From Candidatus Schekmanbacteria bacterium (GTDB lineage: Bacteria > CSSED10-310 > JACPHN01), in NCBI GenBank assembly GCA_016188575.1, contig JACPHN010000265.1, positions 13,554 to 77,553 of the forward strand: a stretch of 64,000 bases of DNA. The letters run 5' to 3'. This document shows, piece by piece, positions 31,929-40,717 of this stretch (positions within the stretch are counted from its first letter, which is position 1; every line of letters begins with the position of its first letter). The translations under genes were made by a program, and so were the position numbers. The notes under the pieces were generated by a model. It saw only the letters and a program-made list of their open reading frames with translations, was not told the DNA's origin and did no database searches.

Positions 31929-33772
31929 GACTGGATCTTCCGTGCAGTGGAGACATTGGACGGCGAATTCTTGCGGCCGGCTCCGTCGCGGGGAAGCAAG
32001 GCACCGCGAATCTCGGAGAGGAAGCGCTCGTACTCCGGAGAACCGTCCGCGGCGAGGTTCCAGTTGCGCATGGCGGAGGTCAAGTCGAGCAGCCGCTCGC
32101 GCGCCTGGTCCTTGGAGACGAAACCGAAGTCGTGCTCGAGAACGCTCCTGGCCAGTTTGAGCGCGAAGGCCGTGCGCACCGTGGAGGGGCCGGCGTCGAC
32201 CTCATCGTAGGCGTTTTGCTGAAGAAAGACGGCGTCGAAAAGCTCGGATTTGAGAAAGTGGACGAGCTCGTCGACGGAGAGCTCCTCCTCGCCGACGACC
32301 TTCATTTGATCGCCGATGCGCTGGCCTTCTCGGTAGAAACGCTGCAACGCGCGGACCTCCGCCACCCAGCCCGGCGCGTAAAGCTCCTCCAGCGCCGGTT
32401 TCAGCGAATCCAGGTATTTGGACCAGGAGTCGAGCGGCGAGATCGCCGGAAAGCGCTTGGCGTAGGAGCGAGCGTAGGTCAGTCCGAGGAAGCAGCCGAC
32501 GACGGCGAGAGTGGACTGGGTGACCGGTTCCTCGAAGTTGCCGCCGGCCGGGGAAACTGTCCCGATGATCGTGGTCGAACCTTGCGCAGCGCCGAGGTTG
32601 GGATCCGCGAGGCGGACAATGCCACCGCGTTCGTAAAAAGCGGCGATAAGCGACCCGAGGTAGGCGGGAAAGGCCTCTTCACCCGGAATCTCCTCGAGGC
32701 GGCCGCTCATTTCGCGCAACGCCTGGGCCCAGCGGCTGGTGGAGTCGGCCAGCACCAGCACGCGTAGCCCCATCTGGCGGTAGTACTCGGCCATGGTAAC
32801 CGCCGTGTACACGGACGCCTCGCGGGCAGCCACCGGCATCGACGAGGTGTTGCAGATAATGATGGTCCGCTCCATGAGCGATCGTCCGGTGCGCGGATCG
32901 ACGAGCTCGGGGAATTCGCGGAGGGTTTCGACGACCTCGCCGGCACGTTCCCCACACGCCGCGACGATCACCACGTCGGCGTCCGCATAGCGCGACACGG
33001 ATTGCTGAAACACGGTCTTGCCCGAGCCGAACGGTCCGGGAATGCAGGCGGTGCCCCCCTCGGCGACGGGGAAAAAAGTGTCGACGATGCGAATCCGGGT
33101 GGTCAGTGGCCGCGACGGGAGGAGCCGTTCTGCATACGCGGTAATCGGCTTCTTGACCGGCCAGATCTGCATCATGCTGACCTCGTGGGTGCGGCCCGTT
33201 GCCAGGCTGCGCACCTTGCCGATCGGGTGGTCGACAGGGTACTCGCCCGCCGGCGCCACCTCCAGCACTTCCCCGGCGCCGACGAGGCCGAATGGCACCA
33301 TGATGCGATGGGTAAACACGCCCTCCGGCACCGTTCCCAGCCCGTGTCCCGCCTGCAGCTTGTCGCCCACGTGCGCGCAAGGTTTGAAGTGCCACTTGCG
33401 GTCGCGCGCGAGCGTCGGCAGGTAGGTGCCGCGCTTGAGAAAGAAGCCGGTTTTCTGTGCCAGCTCCTCCAGCGGATTTCCCAGCCCGTCGTAGACCATG
33501 CCGAGCAGCCCGGGGCCGAGCTCGATGGCCAACAGATGCTCGGTGATCTCCACGGGGTCGCCGATGCGAATGCCGCGGGTGTCTTCGAACACCTGCATGT
33601 CGCACTCCTCGCCGCGCACACGGATGATTTCCGCCTTGAGCCGGACGACATCCTGTCCCGCGGGCGCCGGGAGCGCGATGTAGGCGACCGCGTTCATCCG
33701 CACGTTTCCGGTGAAGCGCGCCGACACCATGTTTCCATTTACGCCGACAACAACTGCGTTCGACTTGCTCAT
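31925..33772 (-). CDS. atpA: V/A-type ATP synthase subunit A
   Basis: Walker [37 protein letters not shown]. Confidence 0.96.
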   Translation of the reverse strand: MSKSNAVVVGVNGNMVSARFTGNVRMNAVAYIALPAPAGQDVVRLKAEIIRVRGEECDMQVFEDTRGIRIGDPVEITEHLLAIELGPGLLGMVYDGLGNPLEELAQKTGFFLKRGTYLPTLARDRKWHFKPCAHVGDKLQAGHGLGTVPEGVFTHRIMVPFGLVGAGEVLEVAPAGEYPVDHPIGKVRSLATGRTHEVSMMQIWPVKKPITAYAERLLPSRPLTTRIRIVDTFFPVAEGGTACIPGPFGSGKTVFQQSVSRYADADVVIVAACGERAGEVVETLREFPELVDPRTGRSLMERTIIICNTSSMPVAAREASVYTAVTMAEYYRQMGLRVLVLADSTSRWAQALREMSGRLEEIPGEEAFPAYLGSLIAAFYERGGIVRLADPNLGAAQGSTTIIGTVSPAGGNFEEPVTQSTLAVVGCFLGLTYARSYAKRFPAISPLDSWSKYLDSLKPALEELYAPGWVAEVRALQRFYREGQRIGDQMKVVGEEELSVDELVHFLKSELFDAVFLQQNAYDEVDAGPSTVRTAFALKLARSVLEHDFGFVSKDQARERLLDLTSAMRNWNLAADGSPEYERFLSEIRGALLPRDGAGRKNSPSNVSTARKIQS

Positions 33773-34560
33773 GAGAGTTTCCCCGGCGTCAGCGCCAAGA
33801 TGTCATCGAGGATTTCCTGTCCCTTCTGGAGGCTCCATGAGGCCTCACGTTCCAGGATTTCGAGCTTGAAGAAATAGCCGAGCACCGTGTCCATGGAGAA
33901 CTGATCGGTTCCGCTGATTTCGTCGATCATCTTCCAGCGCAGGCGGTCGATGCGGATCTCCATGTCGCGAAGATCCGGCAGTGCCAGCGCCTCGCGAACG
34001 TCGCTATACCAGGCGAAGCGATTCTTGAGGCCGAGATCCGCCTCGCCGAGATTGGAGACGATGACCTTCCACGTCGATGACCAGCCGCCCGTCATCTCGT
34101 GCAGGAAGGCCTCCTGGCCCAGATTGTCCTGCTGGCAGAGCAATCCGGTGATCGCTTCCGCGAGGCGGATTTCGCAGCGGCTCCACTCCTGCAAGAACGG
34201 GGAGGTGGATTCCTGGAGTGCCACGCGGCACCAGGTCCGCATCAGGACGTGGATGGGGCTGGGAGCCAGGACCCAGGAGGGCAGCAGGTCGACAGTCGGA
34301 CCGAGGGGCGTCGGTTTGCGGTCGCAGCGAATGCGGTAGCTGAGCTCGCCGGGGGAGAGGCTGGTGCCGGTGAGCGTCGTCAGGGCGCCGATGCGGGCGG
34401 TTTCGCGGATTTCTTCGCGGAGCATGACGAGCTCGAAATCGGCGCGGGCGGCGCCGTTGAGGTGGGTACGGGCGCGGCGGATGAAGTCCTCGGAGGTGAT
34501 TTGCGGAGCTTCTCCGAGGCAGAGCCGCGGAAGGCCCGTGACGAGGTAGACTAGGAACAT
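33769..34560 (-). CDS. DUF2764-like V-ATPase operon protein (putative subunit C equivalent)
   Basis: YLVTGLP start, EIRIDRLRW, F...VLGYFFKLEILER. Position between E and A as in Chlamydia/Bacteroidetes-type operons. Confidence 0.75.
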   Translation of the reverse strand: MFLVYLVTGLPRLCLGEAPQITSEDFIRRARTHLNGAARADFELVMLREEIRETARIGALTTLTGTSLSPGELSYRIRCDRKPTPLGPTVDLLPSWVLAPSPIHVLMRTWCRVALQESTSPFLQEWSRCEIRLAEAITGLLCQQDNLGQEAFLHEMTGGWSSTWKVIVSNLGEADLGLKNRFAWYSDVREALALPDLRDMEIRIDRLRWKMIDEISGTDQFSMDTVLGYFFKLEILEREASWSLQKGQEILDDILALTPGKLS

Positions 34561-34615
34561 GGTGTTGGACCTTTGCCGGCAGCGGTGTGGCCGTGCGGTG
34601 CGCCGGCCGCGACGG

Positions 34616-35248
34616 TCATTTGCTTGCGCGCGGGAGCTCGAAAAACTGCCTCAGGTGCGGCTCGACCAGCCGCGCGAGCGCCTGAGTGAGCGCCTCCAGA
34701 GAAAAGTCCCAGGCGAAGGCCTCGCCGCGGCGGATGAGGCGGAAACCGACAAGCCCTTCTTCATTGCGCACGGCGACTTCCTTGCCGGCATCGACGTGCG
34801 CGGCCAGCGCGTGCAGGGTGGCGGCGGCGAGCTTCTCGCGGAGGTCCTCGCTCACCGAGATTTCCACGCCGTCGCCGCCCGAGGCCAGAAAGTCGGCGCA
34901 GATGCGTGCGACGAAGTCTGAGAGGAAGGTTTCGTCGGTGAGAACGCCGCGGAGCTGCTCGCTCAGGACGGGGCGGATGATCTGTTGGCGAATGCGCTCC
35001 TGGAAGCCGAGGACGAAGTCGCGGGCGGCCATCTTGAGCTCGGCGCGCATTTGCTCCGTGACGCGGCGGGCGTCGGCTTCGGCGGTGGAGCGGAGGGCGG
35101 CGACCTCGTTTCGCGCGTCGGCGACAATCTGCTCGGCGCGCTGCCGCGCCTCGGCGATGATGCGGTCCCGCTCCTCCTCGCCGGCGCTCACACCTTCATT
35201 CTTGATCCTCGTGATCAGCGCAGCAATGCCGCTTGTGATTTCCGTCAT
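34616..35248 (-). CDS. atpE: V/A-type ATP synthase subunit E
   Basis: LITRIKNEGV, IIAEAR...AEQIV coiled coil, GFRL, DFS. ATG 35248 follows GAGGT. Confidence 0.85.
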   Translation of the reverse strand: MTEITSGIAALITRIKNEGVSAGEEERDRIIAEARQRAEQIVADARNEVAALRSTAEADARRVTEQMRAELKMAARDFVLGFQERIRQQIIRPVLSEQLRGVLTDETFLSDFVARICADFLASGGDGVEISVSEDLREKLAAATLHALAAHVDAGKEVAVRNEEGLVGFRLIRRGEAFAWDFSLEALTQALARLVEPHLRQFFELPRASK

Positions 35249-35863
35249 GGGGAGTACCTCTCGGACGCGCGGGACGCGGGGAAACCTGACGCGAGAAACG
35301 TGCCGGCAGGACGCTATCCGCATCGCGCGGGGATGTCAAGATCGGGGTCCGCTCTGAGCCCACCGCCGGTTCGACTGCAAGCTGTGCAGAAAGCGCATCA
35401 CGAAGACTGCCGCCTCCAGCTCCCGCGGCCAGCGGGGACAGACGGAAGGGGCGCTGTCGTCCCGACGTCGCACAGGCGTTGGCTTCATGGACTATCGCCT
35501 CAGTGTCAACGGATCAAGCGAACCTCGATGCCGATCGGCAGCTCCTTCCAGGTTCGCTCCGTGCCACCTGCTGGGCGGCATGGGCAATCTGCGGGAGCAC
35601 GTGCGAGAGCTGCGGCGCCGTTTGCGGCCAAGCTCCAAGATCAGCTCCAAGTGTCAAGCGGCACAAGTCGGGTGGCTCGTCTTGTGGCAGCAGCTTGAAT
35701 TCTTGTGCGGATCCGCACCACGTGGCAGATGGGCCAAATCACGAGGCGAGTGCGTGATTGCCGCGATTTTCCCCGATGAATCGGTACCCTGTCATGCCGG
35801 CAGCCACGTCAGGTTCTTCAGCTTGTGCGGATCCGTTAAACGGTGATGGCTGGGACGCGGCGC

Positions 35864-36000
35864 GCCGAACCATCGGGCCGCGGACTTCTTCCGCAGGATG
35901 GCCGCCGCATGGCGCCGGCTATCCTGCGGATACAGCGGACAGCGCCCTGCGGTAGTAAAATACCTCCGGGCGCCGCCGCTGACCCGGCGCCCCGTTCGAC
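35864..36000 (+). other. Integron attC-like site 1, with an inserted hairpin in the left arm
   Basis: R'' GCCGAAC (35864-70) and R' GTTCGAC (35994-36000). 35933-35997 is nearly identical to attC2. Confidence 0.65.
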
Positions 36001-36073
36001 GGACGTAACGCGGCCAGCGTAGGCAGGCACGCAGGGCCGGGACGGCAGACCCTGTGGCAGAACTAGACACGAC

Positions 36074-36298
36074 ATGGACAACCAGTACACCGGCGTCTTC
36101 GAGCAGGTTGGAGAGTGGTGGATCGGGCACGTCGAGGAACTGCCCGGCTGCAACGTCCAAGAGCGGACGATCGAGGAGGCTCGGGAGAGTCTGAAGGAAG
36201 CGGTTCAACTCATCGTGAGTGCCAACCGGGAACTGGCCAGGCGCGAGTCGGAGGGCCACCAGGTCGTCCGAGAACCGCTGGCAGTCCCGGTTGAGTGA
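36074..36298 (+). CDS. hicB: HicB-family antitoxin (short UPF0150 type)
   Basis: WWIGHVEELPGCNVQERTIEEARESLKEAV. Stop overlaps the hicA start (GTGA). Confidence 0.85.
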   Translation: MDNQYTGVFEQVGEWWIGHVEELPGCNVQERTIEEARESLKEAVQLIVSANRELARRESEGHQVVREPLAVPVE

Positions 36299-36484
36299 AA
36301 CGCGCCGAGCTCACCCGGCACCTCAACGCTCACGGCTGCAAGCTTCTGCGCGAGGGTGGACGTCACGATCTACTAGAACCCGGCGAACCGCCTCACCAGC
36401 GCGGTGCCACGACATGCCGAGATTCTCGATCCTGTTGCCAACCGCATCTGCAAGGACCTGGCGATACCTCGGCCGGGCGAGTAG
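36295..36484 (+). pseudogene. hicA: HicA toxin pseudogene
   Basis: MKRAELTRHLNAHGCKLLREGGRH, then a frameshift near 36368, then IY*NPANRLTSAVPRHAEILDPVANRICKDLAIPRPGE* with an in-frame TAG. Confidence 0.85.
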
Positions 36485-36506
36485 GCCCAGCCGGAGCTGC
36501 TGCGCT

Positions 36507-36716
36507 TCGGAAGAACGGGACGGCGGGCAAAGCCCGGTGGTTGCGCCGCTTCCGCCGGCGAGGGTAGGTATGAAGCGGCAGAACAACCGAGTGCAGCGGA
36601 CAGCGCCCTGCGGTAGTAAACTACCTCCGAGCGCTGCCGCTGACCCGGCGCCCCGTTCTTCCGACGCTGTGCATCGGAAGAACGCGGCGCCGGGCAAAGC
36701 CCGGTTGTTCCGCCGC
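36507..36716. repeat. Two ~43-bp hairpin repeats flanking attC2
   Basis: TCGGAAGAACG..CGGGCAAAGCCCGGT..GTT.CGCCGC at 36507-36549 and 36674-36716. Confidence 0.75.
36578..36661 (+). other. Integron attC site 2
   Basis: R'' GCAGAAC and R' GTTCTTC. Stem GT(G)CAGCGG(A)CAGCGC / GCGCTGCCGCTGAC with two extrahelical bases; terminal hairpin GGTAG-TAAA-CTACC. Confidence 0.75.
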
Positions 36717-36785
36717 GCTGATTCGCGCAACTGCGAGCGCATCGTTGACTCCGGCGCTCGGCGGCTCATCACGAAGGAGAGTCAC

Positions 36786-37271
36786 ATGGTGAAGCCAGCA
36801 AAGAACACGATTTGCCTTTGGTACAATGGCGACGCTGAGGACGCCGCGCGATTTTACGCCAAGATTTTTCCCGATTCATCCGTCGGCGCGGTGCATCACG
36901 CACCGGGAGACTTTCCGTCCGGGAAGAAAGGCGATGTGTTGACGGTCGAGTTTACCGTGATGGGGATTCCCTGCCTCGGGCTCAATGGCGGACCTGCATT
37001 CAAGCACAACGAAGCATTCTCCTTTCAGGTCGCGACCGCCGACCAGGCCGAAACCGATCGTTACTGGAACGCAATCGTCGGCAACGGCGGCCAGGAGAGT
37101 GCGTGCGGCTGGTGCAAGGACAAATGGGGATTGTCCTGGCAGATTACGCCGATCGCTCTGACCAAAGCGATAACCGATCCCGATCCCGCGGCCGCCAAGC
37201 GCGCGTTCGATGCGATGATGCAGATGACAAAGATCGACATCGCCGCAATCGAGGCGGCGCGCCGCGGTTGA
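36786..37271 (+). CDS. VOC/PhnB-like protein (3-demethylubiquinone-9 3-methyltransferase-like family)
   Basis: CLWYNGDAEDAARFY, LNGGP, FSFQV, CGWCKDKWGLSWQI. AAGGAGA RBS. Confidence 0.9.
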   Translation: MVKPAKNTICLWYNGDAEDAARFYAKIFPDSSVGAVHHAPGDFPSGKKGDVLTVEFTVMGIPCLGLNGGPAFKHNEAFSFQVATADQAETDRYWNAIVGNGGQESACGWCKDKWGLSWQITPIALTKAITDPDPAAAKRAFDAMMQMTKIDIAAIEAARRG

Positions 37272-37336
37272 GGCTGCACCTGGTAGGTGAAGACCCGGAA
37301 TCGGGAACGAGGTGCAGTCGGCTTCGGGGTTTCCGG

Positions 37337-37575
37337 TCATGGGCTGACCGCCGTTCGCCTAGCGAGGTGCCATCCGTCGCTGGCGCGGCGGATGCGCGTG
37401 CTCTTCTCTAGCGTTTGCAGCACGTCGCCGAGTCGTTTGTTGCGGACGTGAAGCTCCGCGCGCAACTGTTCGCGGGTGAGCGGCCCCGCGGTGCGACGGA
37501 GCGCGTCGAGCAGACGGTCGGCCAGGGTAGGGTCGCTCCGAGCCGGTTGCGGTGGCCGTGCGGAAGGTATTAACC
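37337..37575 (-). pseudogene. Gene remnant encoding a C-terminal winged-helix domain
   Basis: Minus frame (absent from the track) reads LADRLLDALRRTAGPLTREQLRAELHVRNKRLGDVLQTLEKSTRIRRASDGWHL...*, with no in-frame start nearby. Confidence 0.5.
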
Positions 37576-37773
37576 ACGCGCAGGCGTGCGGCCGGCAGGA
37601 CGATCGCTGCTGCTGTCGTCGGCTTGCAGGTGGGCATCCTTATTTGTCAAGCGATCTCTCCCACGACGCCCAGGTCCCGGGGATTCGGCGCCGTCTCACC
37701 GCTGGCCGCGTGAGCTTGCTTCGCCCGATCGCCGGGGGTGCCGTGCCGCCGGTCAAGTCTCCGCGAACGATGC

Positions 37774-38435
37774 AGACCTGACCGGAAGTCGCGGTTCGCA
37801 GGGGGCGGTGATCGGGTGGAGATGTGCATGGGGAGCAGTGGTGCGTTGGGCGCGAGGAATGGGAGCGGGGAGCTGCGCCAATTCGCGTTGAGCGTCAGTA
37901 GTGGCTCCCCCGAGGCGGTGCGTCATTTCGACGTGCTTCAGGATTTCCACGCTGTTGGGGGAATCACTCTGGGGCTGTTCGGGCCACTTCCGGCCGTCTC
38001 CGGCACGGACCGAGGAGGTAGCGCGCAGAACCTTCGGAATCCGATGCGGTGCTGTTGTTGACGGCCATCGGCAGGCGCCGGGCGGCGTTCGGCGTCGCCG
38101 GCGAGAGCTCGCGGCGGGAAGTCCGCGCCGGGATTGTCCGAGAGGCACGGGGTGAGGGGAATGGACAAGCCCGCGATCTCGAGCAGCCGCAGCGGCCGGT
38201 ATGGGGAACAGAGGTCCGGGGGTGATCTATCACCTGCCGACTTCTGTCCTCCCGGCTCACCGAAGTCGGTTGGTGAGGCCTCAAGGCATGAGCTCTGTCC
38301 GCATATCGGACAGGAGTCGAGTGGTGATTGATCACCCTACGACTTCTGTCGCCGCCAGATGTCCTGCCGCAGTCCCGCGGACTTCCAGGCACGCCTTGGA
38401 GGTGAGCGAGACCTGACCCGAAGTCGCGGTTCGCA
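37774..38435. repeat. 27-bp direct repeat pair and 28-bp palindrome-containing repeat pair
   Basis: AGACCTGACC(G/C)GAAGTCGCGGTTCGCA at 37774-37800 and 38409-38435. GGTGAT-N2-ATCACC-N3-CGACTTCTGTC at 38221-38248 and 38323-38350. Confidence 0.85.
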
Positions 38436-38784
38436 TGGAGTCTGAGCCCTCGCCTCACGTAACGCGACACGGGCGGCAGCGGCCGAATTGTCGACTGCTT
38501 CCGCAAGGGATGGTGCGGGCATCGGATCGACCCTGACCTGGGAAGCGGCGTCACTCCCTGGGCGTCATGGGTGTTGGCCCGAGGTGCTGGTCAAAGAGCG
38601 ACGCCGGCTTTACATGATCTCGCGGTAGTGACATCGCAAGGGCAGGAAGGCGGCAGGCAATGATCACATCCTGCCGCCCTTGTTGACGAAGACCGACGGA
38701 GCCGCCAGCTTTTGGGCGGAAGATCCGTTCACAGCTCGGCCCCGTCCTGACCCTTAATCATTTCATCATGGCAGGAGGGGACAG

Positions 38785-40125
38785 ATGGCTCTACCTCCGA
38801 TGCGCGCCAATGATCAGCGCTTTCGGCGCTGGTGGAGCAAGTGTTGCCGAGTCATGCGTCGCCTGTGGGAAGGCGACATCCCCGACCCGCGATCCCGCCA
38901 GGGGCGGCGTTGGGAGCTTTTCCCGCTCTTGCGGGCGATGTGGGTGGGGATGCTGTGCAACGCGCCGAGCTTCGCGCTGTCGATGACCTCAGCAAGAACC
39001 TCACCGCGGCTTCCTTTGGCTTTTTTCGCCAAGTGCCCGGTTCGACGCTGTGGGACCTGATCCTGAAGCTGGACCCGGCGGCATTTCGCGAAGTATTGGT
39101 GGAGCAGGTGCGGCGCCTGCACCGCATGAAGGTGTTTCAACTCGAGCTGCCGTTCGGGGTGGTGTCGATCGACGGAAAGACCACGGCAGTAAAAGAAGAG
39201 GTGAATAAATACTGTCAGCGCCAGAGCGGGGGATACTGGCTGTATCAGGTGCTGAATGCGACCTCGATCAGTACCCCACTGTCGCCGCTGATCATGCAGC
39301 TCCCGATCAACCGACAGACCATGAGCTTGGGATGCTGCCCGCGATGATCGAGGCGCTCGAAACGGCCTACTGGCACAGTGCACTGATCCGGGCGGTGTTC
39401 ATGGATGCCGGGTTCGCCACGCGAGAGGACATGCAGTGGATTTACGATCGCCGGTTATGGTTCATCGTCCGCGTCGCAGTGGATTTACGATCGCCGGTTA
39501 TGGTTCATCGTCCGCGTCAAGGAAAAGCATCTGGCGCTGAAGGCCGAGCTGCGGCGCCTGTTGGCTGCCTGGCAAGCGGCGGGCGGGGCGCGGTGGGCAG
39601 CCGAAGAAAGGTGGGAGCGGTCGAAGGGCGAGCTCATTCGCCGCCAGATCTGGCGGACAGAGCAGATCGCGGGGTATTCGGATTGGCTCATCCGCCACGG
39701 CTGGGTGGTGCAGGTGACGCATCGGGACGACGCCGGACAGGAGAAGACGGAGTTTCGCTAGTACGTCTCCGACATTCCGGCGGAAGAAGCTCGGCGCGGT
39801 GCAGGCGCTGGCGACGGTACGGGCGCATTGGCGGATCGAGAACGGCACCCATTGGGTGGCGGATGTGATCTGGAGGGAAGACGACAAGCGGTGGTGCGGC
39901 CGAGGGAACGCGCTGATGGTGCTGTTGTTGCTGCGTGCAATGGCGATGAGCATCGCGAGCTGGCTGCGCGGACGAGCGCTACGGCATGAGCGAGCCGCGA
40001 CGACTGGCCGGCCGCTGCGAATCGAGCTGCCGAAGTGGGGGGCCTTACTGACGTGGATCGAGCGCTCTGTGCTCATCGTGATGGCCGCTGGTCCGATCGC
40101 CCAGGTAGCTCAAAGCGGCACCTGA
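38785..40125 (+). pseudogene. ISAs1-family DDE transposase pseudogene
   Basis: Motifs spread across frames: IPDPR, IDGKT, MDAGF, RAHWRIENGTHWVADVIWREDD. Several frameshifts and a TAG at 39759. Confidence 0.88.
39433..39518. repeat. Perfect 43-bp tandem duplication inside the transposase
   Basis: GCAGTGGATTTACGATCGCCGGTTATGGTTCATCGTCCGCGTC x2. Confidence 0.95.
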
Positions 40126-40350
40126 GGGCGGGCGGCAGGATGCCATTGGCGGCCGCCTTCCTGTCCGCGGCCGGCGTCACGAAATAACAAGCATCCAAAG
40201 TGCCTGCCAGCGAGCCCAGTCCCATCTTGGCGGACGGGTCAGGGTGCACCGCCGGATCATGCCAAGACCCACCGAGGGCTCCCAGTTCCCTCGACTCCTC
40301 CCGCTGTTGTCTCCATCTCCCGTCAAGTCTCCGCGAACGATGGGGAGGCA

Positions 40351-40380
40351 TTGACAGGCGCGGCACCGGGCCATCATAAT
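40351..40380 (+). promoter_or_regulatory. Sigma70-type promoter upstream of the HNH leader
   Basis: TTGACA-N18-CATAAT. Confidence 0.7.
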
Positions 40381-40386
40381 GAAAAA

Positions 40387-40712
40387 CTACGTGTTGGTTT
40401 TGCCGAAATTTCGCGTGTCACCGCGCGGCGCCGCCTCGCAATCCGGAAAGCGGCGAGAGCGGTGATCGCAAGGCGTGGTCCCAGCCGCCGGGACCGCTGC
40501 CAGGGCGTTCTCAACTGGAAGCTGAGAGGCGGGATTGTCCTGTTCCGCGGTGACGATCGTGCGGTGGGCGGTGGGGACGAGCGCTGCGGGCGCTCGCCTG
40601 GTGCTTGTGTTTCGTGCTGTTGACTAGACGGCGAGCTTTCGACTGGGCTTGGAACCCGGCCCCTCGCCAACCTCCGCGGTCGTCTGCGACGTCTCCGCGG
40701 TTTGCCAGGAGG
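40387..40712 (+). ncRNA. Candidate structured ncRNA or long 5' leader of the HNH gene
   Basis: Hand-folded multibranch domain closed by GTCACCGCG/CGCGGTGAC (40417-25/40546-54) with three to four inner hairpins, plus three downstream hairpins. No recognised RNA family motif. Confidence 0.45.
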
Positions 40713-40717
40713 CGGTG

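Larger units (their letters stand above)
38643..40163 (+). mobile_element. Decayed ISAs1-family insertion sequence (~1.5 kb)
   Basis: Imperfect terminal IRs CAGGAAGGCGGC..AATG..CATCCTGCCGCCC (38643-38679 and inverse 40130-40163). No target duplication seen. Confidence 0.8.
37752..40342. repeat. Perfect 21-bp direct repeats bracketing a 2.6-kb segment
   Basis: GTCAAGTCTCCGCGAACGATG at 37752-37772 and 40322-40342. Confidence 0.9.

Noticed and set aside
35479-35846. Cassette ORF upstream of attC1
   Set aside because: ORF 35487-35846 ends where a cassette gene would, but no frame gives a recognisable protein or clear RBS. Possibly decayed sequence.
37302-37359. Third attC after the VOC gene (GAAC...GTTC)
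   Set aside because: The R-L spacers are too short, the left arm pairs better in a terminator-like stem (37272-37319), and the right arm lies in the wHTH remnant.
37752-38540. CRISPR array
   Set aside because: Repeats occur only in pairs at irregular spacing (102 and 635 bp), there are no uniform spacers, and no cas genes are present.
40630-40670. tRNA or tRNA-like gene (T-arm-like hairpin followed by CCA)
   Set aside because: The loop CTTGGAA lacks TTC on the plus strand, there are no D or anticodon arms, and the acceptor length is wrong on either strand.
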